From: Vicinamibacterales bacterium
Lineage (GTDB): Bacteria > Acidobacteriota > Vicinamibacteria > Vicinamibacterales > UBA8438
DNA length: 64,000 nt
Direction of reading: 5' to 3'
Assembly: GCA_965208165.1 (NCBI GenBank)
Contig: OZ242323.1
Coordinates: 2,864,893-2,928,892, forward strand
The translations under genes were made by a program, and so were the position numbers. The notes beneath the pieces are model-generated. The model was not told where the DNA came from and ran no database searches. It saw nothing but the letters and a program-made list of their open reading frames with translations. Positions 44,170 through 52,491 of the stretch are shown one piece after another (the stretch's first letter is position 1; each line of letters opens with the position of its first letter).

Positions 44170-45732
44170 CTGGCGCGCAGCCCCCTGCGTCCCCCGCGCC
44201 GCCATCTCGCCGGGACCGCAGCGGAGCTCCGTCCCCCGGATGTGATCGGCCGCCCGAAGGGCCTGGGCGACGATGGTCAGGCCCGGGTTGACGGCCGCCG
44301 ACGACGGAAAGAACGACGCATCGACGACGAAGAGGTTCTCGACGTCGTGCGACCGGCACCAGGGATCGAGCACGGAGCGCCGCGGATCGGTCCCGAAGCA
44401 CAGGGTGCCGCACTGGTGGGTCGTGTTGTGGATCGACCGCGGATGGACGTAGACGATCCCGAGCCCGAGCCGGCGCAGCATCCGCCGGACCTCGCGGACG
44501 AGCCGGTCGTGCGCGCGCACGTTGTTCGGGCGGTAGTCCAGCCGGATGCGCCCGCCGGCGTCGACCGTCACCCGGTTGTCGGGCCGGGGCAGGTCCTCGG
44601 TCATCGCGAGCCAGTCGAGCCCCCGCGCCACCCAGTAGTCGAAGAAGCCCAGCGGCATCCACGGGACGGCGGTCTGGGCCATGACCCCGTGGGTCCGCCC
44701 CTGGGACTGGATCTGCCCGAGCGGGTACCCCCCGTCCGGCCCCTCGAGATAGAAGTCGTTGATCGCCACCGTCTTCTGGAACTCGGTGTGGTTGCGGCGG
44801 AACGGATGGAACCCCGCCATCATCGTCGCGAGGTGCGCCATGTAGCGCCGCCCCACGAGACCCGAGGAGTTCGCGAGGCCGCGCGGGTGCTTCCCGTCGG
44901 CCGACTGCAGCAGCAGCCCCGCCGAGTTGACCGCCCCGCACGACAGGACCACGAGGGACGCCTCGACCCGGCGCCGCTCGCCGGCGTGGTCGACCTCCAC
45001 CGCCTCGACCCGGCGGCCGCCGGGGTCCGTCAGCAGGCGCCGGGCCCGCGCCCCGGTCCACAGGGTGACGTTGTCGCGCCCGGCCGCGGGACGCACGCAG
45101 CAGACGTCGGCGTCGCTCTTCGCGTCGCGGTGGCAGGGAAACGAGTTGCACGTGTTGCACAGGATGCAACGCCCTGGCTCTCCCGGCCCCCGGAGCCCCA
45201 GGGGCAGAGGCGAGGGATGGAGACCCTGCTCGCGGATGCGGGCCACCCAGGCCTCCACCTGCTCCGCGTGAGGAACCGCGGCGTGCGGGAAGGGCTTCCG
45301 CGGGGCCTCGGTCGGATCCGCACCGGCGGTCCCGTGCACCTCGTACAGCCGCTCCGCCCGCTCGTAGTACGGCTCGAAGGCATCGTAGTCGACCGGCCAG
45401 GCCGGCGAGACCCCGTCGACGTGCTCCGTCTCGCCGAAGTCCTCGCGGCGCATCCGGAAGAGGACGCTGCCCCAGAACTTGGTGTTGCCCCCGACGCAGT
45501 AGTGCATGTACGGGCGGAAGGGCTTGCCATCGCCGTCCAGCCAGCGCTCCGACGTCTGGTAGCGCCGATGCTTCCAGACCGCCGCGGGGTCGCGGTTCTC
45601 GGGCTCCAGGGGCACGAAGCGGCCCCGCTCGAGCAGCAGGATGCGGGCCGGGGAGTCGGCCAGGGCGCGGGCCACGGTGCCGCCCCCGGCGCCGGTCCCG
45701 ATGATGACGACGTCGTAGCGCTCGCTCGGCAT
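44155..45732 (-). CDS. GMC-family FAD oxidoreductase
   Basis: 525 aa. N-terminal YDVVIIGTGAGGGTVARALAD FAD motif. C-terminal catalytic region ...HQCGTLCFG... Confidence 0.8.
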   Translation of the reverse strand: MPSERYDVVIIGTGAGGGTVARALADSPARILLLERGRFVPLEPENRDPAAVWKHRRYQTSERWLDGDGKPFRPYMHYCVGGNTKFWGSVLFRMRREDFGETEHVDGVSPAWPVDYDAFEPYYERAERLYEVHGTAGADPTEAPRKPFPHAAVPHAEQVEAWVARIREQGLHPSPLPLGLRGPGEPGRCILCNTCNSFPCHRDAKSDADVCCVRPAAGRDNVTLWTGARARRLLTDPGGRRVEAVEVDHAGERRRVEASLVVLSCGAVNSAGLLLQSADGKHPRGLANSSGLVGRRYMAHLATMMAGFHPFRRNHTEFQKTVAINDFYLEGPDGGYPLGQIQSQGRTHGVMAQTAVPWMPLGFFDYWVARGLDWLAMTEDLPRPDNRVTVDAGGRIRLDYRPNNVRAHDRLVREVRRMLRRLGLGIVYVHPRSIHNTTHQCGTLCFGTDPRRSVLDPWCRSHDVENLFVVDASFFPSSAAVNPGLTIVAQALRAADHIRGTELRCGPGEMAARGTQGAARQESAP

Positions 45733-45738
45733 CGCGGT

Positions 45739-46779
45739 TCAGGTTGCCGGCCCGCGGGCCGCCGCCGAGGGTGCCCTCGCCGTGTCTGCCGCGTAGATCT
45801 GGTCCATGATCCGCTGGTCGTCCATGGCCGTCTCCAGGCTCATCTCGGGCTGGCGTCCTGATCGAATGGCGTCCGCGAAGTCACGGTACATCGCCTGGTA
45901 GCCGCGTATGTCCCGCCACCCCGGCAGGAGCAGCCGCGGAAACCCGCGGCTCCGCACGAGGACGAAGCCCCCGTTGGACTCGAACGTGATGACGCCGTCC
46001 CGCCCGTACAGCTTCGACAGCCGGACCCCGCGCAGCAGCGAGGGCACCTCGCGCGAGTAGAACAGGGCGCCGGAGGCGCCGTTCGCGTACCGGAACGCGG
46101 CCAGCATGCTCTTCGCGCGTCGGTCCGGACCCCGCTGCGAAGGCGGCGGCGCGAACCCGACGGCGGCGGTGATGGCCGGCCCCAGGCTGTTGGCGAGGTG
46201 CAGCCAGTGGATGCCCTCCTCGAAGAAGGCGTCGCCGCCCGCCATGCTCTCGTCGTTGCGCCAGTCGTCGGCCGCCTTCAGCCGCTCGACCACCGTCGTG
46301 AACTGGGCGAGCAGCAGATCGCCGATGACGCCGCGGGCGAGGAGGCGCCGCAGACAGACGGCCAGCGGCTTGTAGTGATCGTTCTCGCCGACCAGGACCA
46401 CCCGGCCGGCGCGGTCCCGCGCCGCCTGCACCCGACGGTAGTCCTCCATGCAGAGGAAGGCGGGCTTCTCCACGATCACGTGCTTGCCGGCCGCCAGCGC
46501 CTGCAGGGCCAGATCGAGATGGAACCGAGGCGGCACCGCGACGACCACCGCGTCCACCCGGGGGTCGTCGATCGCCGCCGCGTAGCCGTCGTAGCTGCAC
46601 GCGCCGCGGTACCGCCGCCGACAGGCCTCGGCCCTCTCCCCGTCCCGGCTCGCGTAGCTCCAGGTGACGACCTCCCGCAAGCGCCGCAGGTGGCGGCTGT
46701 GCACCCCGGTGATGAACCCGCACCCCAGGAACGCCAGGCGCACCGGCCCGTCCCGCCGTCCCGCGTCCGAGGCCGTCAT
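45739..46779 (-). CDS. Gfo/Idh/MocA-family NAD(P)-dependent oxidoreductase
   Basis: LAFLGCGFITGVHSRHL Rossmann, HVIVEKP block. Start set to ATG 46779 (MTASDAG...); the track start at 46791 is TTG. Confidence 0.8.
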   Translation of the reverse strand: MTASDAGRRDGPVRLAFLGCGFITGVHSRHLRRLREVVTWSYASRDGERAEACRRRYRGACSYDGYAAAIDDPRVDAVVVAVPPRFHLDLALQALAAGKHVIVEKPAFLCMEDYRRVQAARDRAGRVVLVGENDHYKPLAVCLRRLLARGVIGDLLLAQFTTVVERLKAADDWRNDESMAGGDAFFEEGIHWLHLANSLGPAITAAVGFAPPPSQRGPDRRAKSMLAAFRYANGASGALFYSREVPSLLRGVRLSKLYGRDGVITFESNGGFVLVRSRGFPRLLLPGWRDIRGYQAMYRDFADAIRSGRQPEMSLETAMDDQRIMDQIYAADTARAPSAAARGPAT

Positions 46780-46783
46780 CTCA

Positions 46784-46864
46784 GCCCGCAATTCGTCGCC
46801 TGCCGTTCCGCTTGGCGCCCACCAGCCCTCCCGGGAGTCCGCGGCGTCCTGCGGCCCAGGCTCC
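46784..46864 (-). repeat. Copy of the ~80-nt hairpin repeat family between the GT2 and Gfo/Idh/MocA genes
   Basis: Minus strand reads GGAGCCTGGGCCGCAGGACGCCGCGGACTCCC-GGGAGGGCTGGTGGGCGCCAAGCGGAACGGCAGGCGACGAATTGCGGGC. It ends 5 nt before the ATG at 46779. Confidence 0.75.
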
Positions 46865-46951
46865 GGCCCCGAGAACCGTCCTGCGGCCGCCGCGCCGTCC
46901 CGACCGGGCTCGCCGGCGAGGCCGGCGCCGACCCCACTGCCCGGACCCCGT

Positions 46952-47938
46952 TCACTCGCGGGATCGAGGCGCCGACGCCGGGTCGGCGGGCGTCTCGAGC
47001 ACCTCGCGGACGTAGTAGGTCGGCTTGTCCTGCGACTCGTGGTACGTCCGGACCTGCAGCTCGGCCAGGAGCCCGAGGGTTACGAGCTGCACCCCCGTGA
47101 ACAGCAGCAGGATGCCGAACAGCAGCAGCGGCCGCCCGCCGATGTCCTGGCCCTCGAACAGCCGGATCCAGGCCAGCCACCCGGTGATCGCGGCGCCCGC
47201 CGCGCCCATCGCGAGACCGACGAGGCCGAAGATCTGCAGCGGACGGGTCGAGTAGCTCAGCAGGAACTTGACGGTGACGAGGTCCAGGATCACGTGAGGG
47301 GTCCGGGACAGCCCGTACTTCGACCGACCGTGCCGGCGGGGCCGGTGGTTGACGACCACCTCGGCGATGCGGACCCCCTGCTCGCTCGCGATGGCGGGGA
47401 TGAAGCGGTGCATCTCGCCGTAGAGGCGCAGCGACTTGACCACCCCGGCCTGGAACACCTTGAGCGAGCAGCCGTAGTCGTGCAGCCGCACGCCGGTGAC
47501 GCGGGAGATGAGCCGGTTGGCGACGGCCGAGACGAGCCGGCGCGAGAGCCAGGGGTCGCGGCGCGCCTTGCGCCACCCGCAGACGATGTCGAACCCCTCG
47601 CCGAGCTTGTCGATCATCCGCGGAATCTCGCCCAGGTCGTTCTGCAGGTCGCCGTCGGCGGTTGCGATGAGGCGTCCCCGGGCGGCCGCGAACCCGGCCG
47701 AGAACGCCGCCGTCTGTCCGAAGTTGCGGCGCAGGCGGACCACCCGCATCCGGGGGTCGGACGCCTGCAGCCGGGCGAGCCGCTCGAACGTGCCGTCGGT
47801 GCTGCCGTCGTCGACGAAGACCATCTCGTAGGTGCGCCCCCAGGCGTCCAGGGTCCCCGTCAGCTCCCGGTAGAGCTCATCGACGTTCGGGGCCTCGTCC
47901 AGGAGAGGAATGACGACGGACAGCTCTGGGCTCATCAA
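46952..47938 (-). CDS. Family 2 glycosyltransferase, polyprenyl-phosphate sugar transferase type (ArnC/DPM1-like)
   Basis: 328 aa. LSVVIPLLDE, VFVDDGSTDGT, RNFGQTAAFSAG, two C-terminal TM helices. Confidence 0.8.
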   Translation of the reverse strand: MMSPELSVVIPLLDEAPNVDELYRELTGTLDAWGRTYEMVFVDDGSTDGTFERLARLQASDPRMRVVRLRRNFGQTAAFSAGFAAARGRLIATADGDLQNDLGEIPRMIDKLGEGFDIVCGWRKARRDPWLSRRLVSAVANRLISRVTGVRLHDYGCSLKVFQAGVVKSLRLYGEMHRFIPAIASEQGVRIAEVVVNHRPRRHGRSKYGLSRTPHVILDLVTVKFLLSYSTRPLQIFGLVGLAMGAAGAAITGWLAWIRLFEGQDIGGRPLLLFGILLLFTGVQLVTLGLLAELQVRTYHESQDKPTYYVREVLETPADPASAPRSRE

Positions 47939-48044
47939 TCGCGGAGTGGAGACGCGGTTCGGCGGGATTATATGCCGGACGCGACGGCGCCGGGCCGGGG
48001 CGAACGAGCGCGGGGCACCCCGACCGCCGCCGTCCCGTGCGGCC

Positions 48045-48752
48045 TCAGAACCCGACGTTGAACGTGAAGGCGGTGGTCATTCCTCCCAGATCGATTCGCT
48101 CGGCGAGGAAGCCCTGGTCGAGGCCGACCACGCCCTGGGCGTCCTGGTAGCGGAACTCGATCCCCGCCGCGTAGCGACGTCCCCCGAACCGCAACCCCGC
48201 GAGGTAGACGCGACCGACGTCGCTGCCGTTCGCCGTGTACTGGCCCCAGAAAACGGGCGCGTCCTCGTAGCCGAAGTCGATGAACTCGCCGACCTCGCTG
48301 TAGCGCCAGTTGAAGAGGCCCACCCCCGCGCCCGCGTAGGGCTGCACCACCGCCCGCCGCCCGAAGGGGAAGAAGCGGGCGGTTGCGGTGACCGGCGCCA
48401 CCCGCAGCGTGAAGTCCTGCTCGATCTCGGTGCCGTCGAAGTCGACGAACTGGTCGTAGACGCTGAAGGCCGTCCGCCGGTACCAGCCGGCCCCGACCCC
48501 GACCTCCAGGTAGTCTCCGACCCCGAGGAGCCACTCGGCGCCGACGCTGGCGCCGTTCAGGTCGTCCGGGAAGAAGTAGAAGTCCTGCAGGTTCGCGAGC
48601 AACACGTCATCGGCGATGCGCGTATCCGCCCCCCGGACCGTGAACCGCCCCAGGTTCAGGCTCAGCCAACTGTCCTGCGCCAGCAGCGGCGCCGGCCACG
48701 CGAGCGCCAGCAGCGCCGCCAGCGCGATCCCTCGCATCGACCTCATCGACAT
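48045..48752 (-). CDS. Outer-membrane beta-barrel protein
   Basis: 235 aa, strong SD GAGGAGGA. Signal ...ALLALAWPAPLLAQD, alternating beta pattern, terminal ...TTAFTFNVGF. Confidence 0.6.
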   Translation of the reverse strand: MSMRSMRGIALAALLALAWPAPLLAQDSWLSLNLGRFTVRGADTRIADDVLLANLQDFYFFPDDLNGASVGAEWLLGVGDYLEVGVGAGWYRRTAFSVYDQFVDFDGTEIEQDFTLRVAPVTATARFFPFGRRAVVQPYAGAGVGLFNWRYSEVGEFIDFGYEDAPVFWGQYTANGSDVGRVYLAGLRFGGRRYAAGIEFRYQDAQGVVGLDQGFLAERIDLGGMTTAFTFNVGF

Positions 48753-48830
48753 CTCGTCCTCCTCACGGGCCGCCGGCCGCGCCCAAGCCGTCGTGTCGCG
48801 GCCGGCTTCGGTGACCCGCTACGGGGATAC

Positions 48831-48845
48831 GCAACAGTCGTGCCA
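48831..48845 (-). promoter_or_regulatory. Sigma-54 (-24/-12) promoter
   Basis: Minus strand reads cccTGGCACgactgTTGCgt, an exact match to TGGCAC-N5-TTGC. It lies ~80-90 nt upstream of the OMP ATG (48752). Confidence 0.7.
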
Positions 48846-48907
48846 GGGCCAGGATTTCCGACAACCTGCTTTCTTGCAGCAACTTGAAGGGTTCTCGCCA
48901 GAAAATT

Positions 48908-48931
48908 CGGTGTCCATTCCAGATGACACCG
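48908..48931. promoter_or_regulatory. Inverted repeat CGGTGTC-N10-GACACCG, candidate enhancer-binding-protein site (UAS)
   Basis: 7-bp perfect arms centred ~75 bp upstream of the -24 GG, inside a lower-GC patch. Confidence 0.4.
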
Positions 48932-49104
48932 CGCAAGCTACCCCATCCTACCTGCCGGCTTGCCGTTTCCGCTCGGGCAGAGATGGACGAAGGCGCGCGG
49001 CGGTGGGGCGATTCCGGCGTCGAGGATGAGAGGCTGCGCGGAGCACCGGCAACCGCTGGCAACCGTCTCAGCCCGGCGTGGTATCGTCGGATGGGACCTC
49101 ACGG

Positions 49105-49608
49105 TCAGGACTCCGGGACGATGTCGAGGGTGTAGTCGAGCATCCGGTCGCCGTCGAAGATCCAGCGGCCCGCGAACCGGCGCCCTCCGACGACGAGCGG
49201 CAGCCAGTGGCGGTCGTCCTCCCACATCTCGTCGAAGGGGATCGCGCCGACGTCGAACCAGAAGGGCGCGGCCTCGTCGGTCTCCACCGGCTCGCCGTCG
49301 ACGTCCGCCGCGCGGTACACGCGGACGAACGTCGAGTAGCCGTCGACGAACTGGAAGCAGTGCTGGCCGAGCCGGACGAGGCCGAGCGGGGTCACCCCCA
49401 GCTCCTCGCGCATCTCCCGGACCGCGCAGTCGTCGAACGTCTCCCCCGCCTCGCGCCGGCCGCCGGGGCCGTTGATCTTGCCGGCCCCGAGCCCGCGCTT
49501 CTTGCGGATGAGGAGGATGCGCCGGTCCTTGACGACGAAGACGAGGGTCGCAGGATCGACGGCCCGCCACGACGTCCAGTCGATCTCGCGCACGCGCCGC
49601 GCCGTCAT
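49105..49608 (-). CDS. NUDIX hydrolase (MutT-like)
   Basis: ATG 49608 overlaps the upstream stop (ATGA). Nudix box GGRREAGETFDDCAVREMREELG. Confidence 0.85.
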   Translation of the reverse strand: MTARRVREIDWTSWRAVDPATLVFVVKDRRILLIRKKRGLGAGKINGPGGRREAGETFDDCAVREMREELGVTPLGLVRLGQHCFQFVDGYSTFVRVYRAADVDGEPVETDEAAPFWFDVGAIPFDEMWEDDRHWLPLVVGGRRFAGRWIFDGDRMLDYTLDIVPES

Positions 49609-50432
49609 CCCGCCGGCTCCTGCCCCACGTCGGGGGACCGGAGCGATCGGCTCGCGATAATCCGGAGCATCTCGTCGTGAACACGCCCGTTCGAGGCGAC
49701 GATCTCGTCGCCGTGGGTGTCGAACGCACCGCCGTCGAACCGCGACAGCCGCCCCCCCGCCTCCTCGACCACGAGGCTGGCCGCCGACATGTCCCAGGGG
49801 TGCAGGCGCTGCTCCCAGAAGCCGTCGAACCGTCCCGCCGCCAGGTAGCACAGGTCGAGGGCGGCGGAGCCGAGCCGCCGCACCGCGCGCGCCCGGGCGA
49901 CGAAGGCGCCGAAGAGCCCGACCAGGTCGTCCACGTTGGCGTGCACATCGTAGGGGAACCCCGTGCAGAGCATCGCGTCGAGCACCGAACCGGTATCGGA
50001 CACCCGCAGGGGGGCGTCGTTCAGCCAGGCCCCGGCGCCCCGTTCGGCGGTGAACAGCTCCCGGCGCGTGGGGTCGTAGACGGCCGCCACGACCGGCCGC
50101 CGGTCCACTTCCAGCGCCAGGCAGGAGCAGAAGATGGGCAGGCCGTGTGCGAAGTTGACGGTGCCGTCGAGAGGGTCGAAGACCCACTGGTGGCGGGCCG
50201 CCGCCCGCCCGGGGTCGTTCCCGAGCTCCTCGGCCAGCACCTCGTGTGCGGGAAAGCGCTCCGCGATGACGGCGCGGCCCATCCGTTCGACCTCGACGTC
50301 GATGGCGGTGACGAGATCGATCGCGCCCTTCTTGCGGACCTGGAGATCGCCGCCGAGGCGGTCGAGCTGGATCTCGCCGGCGCGCCGCACGATCTCGACG
50401 GCGGTGGCCAGCCACGTGGAAGGGTGCGTCAT
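49605..50432 (-). CDS. Inositol monophosphatase family protein
   Basis: WVFDPLDGTVNFAHG and WDMSAASLVVEEAGG blocks. Start at ATG 50432 or 50456. Confidence 0.85.
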   Translation of the reverse strand: MTHPSTWLATAVEIVRRAGEIQLDRLGGDLQVRKKGAIDLVTAIDVEVERMGRAVIAERFPAHEVLAEELGNDPGRAAARHQWVFDPLDGTVNFAHGLPIFCSCLALEVDRRPVVAAVYDPTRRELFTAERGAGAWLNDAPLRVSDTGSVLDAMLCTGFPYDVHANVDDLVGLFGAFVARARAVRRLGSAALDLCYLAAGRFDGFWEQRLHPWDMSAASLVVEEAGGRLSRFDGGAFDTHGDEIVASNGRVHDEMLRIIASRSLRSPDVGQEPAG

Positions 50433-50436
50433 GTCG

Positions 50437-50931
50437 TCAGGCAGGAGAGTCCGCACCGTTCCGCGGCGCGGACCCCTGGGGGGCCGATTCGCGGGAGACC
50501 GCCTGGAGGGACTTCACCATCACCACCTCCATGCCCCCCTCCGGCGCCCGCCCGATGCGCACCTCGTCCATGAGGCTGCGCATGAAGAAGATGCCCCGGC
50601 CGCTCGACTTCAGCAGGTTCTCGGGGGCCAGGGGATCGGCAATCTCGACCGGGTCGAAGCCGTCGCCCTGGTCGACGACCCGCACCGTCAATCGCTTCGG
50701 ATCGGACGGGGGGGCCAGCCCGAACTCGACGGTGACGAGCTTGTCCTCGATGTCCCGGTTCCCGTGCTTGATGGCGTTGATCACGGATTCGCGGACCGCC
50801 ACCCCGATCCAGTGAATCGAGTCGCCGTCGAATCCGACGATCTTCCCCAGCTCGTCGCTGACGACCTGGACGAAGTCCACCATGTCGAAGTGACTGCGGA
50901 ACGTCAGACGAACGACAGGGTCGCTGGTCAT
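50437..50931 (-). CDS. RsbW/SpoIIAB-like anti-sigma regulatory factor (HATPase_c-type Ser kinase)
   Basis: ATG 50931 (MTSDPVVRLTFRSHFDMVDFV...). N-box AVRESVINAIKHGN, G-box VVDQGDGFD, SSGRGIFFM. Confidence 0.7.
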   Translation of the reverse strand: MTSDPVVRLTFRSHFDMVDFVQVVSDELGKIVGFDGDSIHWIGVAVRESVINAIKHGNRDIEDKLVTVEFGLAPPSDPKRLTVRVVDQGDGFDPVEIADPLAPENLLKSSGRGIFFMRSLMDEVRIGRAPEGGMEVVMVKSLQAVSRESAPQGSAPRNGADSPA

Positions 50932-51155
50932 GCGGCTGTGTCTCGGTCGGGATGAACGGTTCCCCCCGGCTCTCGCGGCGCGCGCCCGGGCCGCCGGCCC
51001 CTCCGGGGCCCGCGGCAGTAGACGCGCCGCCCCGGCCACCCTCCCGGCATCGGGCGCGGCGACGCAAGTGCGTAACATACTGTCGCTCCCCGCTCGGCGC
51101 AAGACCGGCCGCGCCGCGAACCTCCCCGTCGCGCCCCCCGATCGCGCTCCCCTGA

Positions 51156-51161
51156 TATAGT
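51156..51161 (+). promoter_or_regulatory. TATAGT -10-like hexamer 7 nt upstream of the aroA ATG (candidate leaderless promoter)
   Basis: cctgaTATAGTgctggcgATG. No SD and no obvious -35. Confidence 0.3.
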
Positions 51162-51168
51162 GCTGGCG

Positions 51169-52491
51169 ATGTCGTCCGTCGTCGTGCAACCCGCCGCCCG
51201 TGTCCGCGGCCGCGTCCCGGTACCCGGCGACAAGTCGATCTCGCATCGCTACGCGCTGCTCGCCGCGCTGGCCGAGGGCCGGTCGACCATCGCCGGCTAC
51301 GCGCCGGGGGCCGACTGCGCCTCCACCTTGGCGTGCCTCCGCGCACTCGGGGTCCGCGTGGAGGGGCCCCGATCAGCCGGCGGGGCGACCGGCCGGCCGG
51401 TCGTGATCGTCGACGGCCGCGGCGTCGGCGGCCTCGGAGCGCCGACGGGGCCCCTGGATGCCGGCAACTCCGGCACGACCCTCAGGCTGCTGTCCGGCGC
51501 TCTCGCCGGCCATCGGTTCACCAGCGTCATCACCGGGGACGGCTCGCTCCGCCGCCGGCCGATGCGCCGGATCATCGAGCCCCTCTCGCGGATGGGGGCG
51601 CGGGTGACGGGCGACGGGGGTTGCCCGCCCCTCACCATCGCCGGCTCGCGGCTCGAGGGCATCGACTACACGCCGCCGGTCCCGAGCGCCCAGGTCAAGA
51701 GCGCGGTGCTCCTGGCCGGGCTCCACGCGTCGGGCGACACCACGGTGAGAGAGACCGCCGCCACCCGGAACCATACGGAGCTGGCCTTGCCGATGTTCGG
51801 CGCCGAGCTGCGTCGGGTCGACGGCGGCGTCACGCTGCGCGGCGGACAGCGCCTGCGGGCGGCCGGGCTGACGGTGCCCGGCGACCTGTCGTCCGCCGCG
51901 TTCTGGGCGACCGCCGCCGCCGCCCTGCCCGGCTCGGACGTCACCCTCGAGGACGTGGGGCTCAACCCCACCCGCACGGGCATCCTCGCCTGGCTCCGGC
52001 GGGCGGGGGCGGTCGTGGACCTGCTGCAGGTCATCGAGGACACCGGCGAGCGGCAGGGCTCCATCCGGGTCCGCCACGGCGGCAATCGCGCGCTCACGGT
52101 GGGGCCGGCGGACGTGCCGGGGCTCATCGACGAGCTGCCGGTGCTGGCGGCGCTGGCCACGCATGGCGGCGAGCTGCGCGTGACCGGCGCCGGAGAGCTG
52201 CGGCACAAGGAGAGCGACCGCATCAGCGCGCTGGCCGACGGCCTGCGCGCGCTCGGAGGACACGTCGAGGAGGTGGCGGACGGCTTCCACGTCGCCGGCG
52301 CCCGGCCGCTTCGGGGCGGCGAGGCCGACGCGGCCGGCGACCACCGGCTCGCGATGGCGTTCGCCATCGCCGCCCTCGGCGCCCGGCAGCCGAGCCGAAT
52401 CCGCAACGCCGAGGCCGTCGACGTGTCCTACCCGGGCTTCTTCGATGTGCTGGCGGCCCTCTGCATCCCCAGGCAGCAGTCCGCGCCGTGA
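51169..52491 (+). CDS. aroA: 3-phosphoshikimate 1-carboxyvinyltransferase (EPSP synthase)
   Basis: VPGDKSISHRYALLAALAEG, LDAGNSGTTLRLL, LRHKESDRI blocks. The last codons (QQSAP-TGA) form the left arm of a repeat hairpin. Confidence 0.9.
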   Translation: MSSVVVQPAARVRGRVPVPGDKSISHRYALLAALAEGRSTIAGYAPGADCASTLACLRALGVRVEGPRSAGGATGRPVVIVDGRGVGGLGAPTGPLDAGNSGTTLRLLSGALAGHRFTSVITGDGSLRRRPMRRIIEPLSRMGARVTGDGGCPPLTIAGSRLEGIDYTPPVPSAQVKSAVLLAGLHASGDTTVRETAATRNHTELALPMFGAELRRVDGGVTLRGGQRLRAAGLTVPGDLSSAAFWATAAAALPGSDVTLEDVGLNPTRTGILAWLRRAGAVVDLLQVIEDTGERQGSIRVRHGGNRALTVGPADVPGLIDELPVLAALATHGGELRVTGAGELRHKESDRISALADGLRALGGHVEEVADGFHVAGARPLRGGEADAAGDHRLAMAFAIAALGARQPSRIRNAEAVDVSYPGFFDVLAALCIPRQQSAP

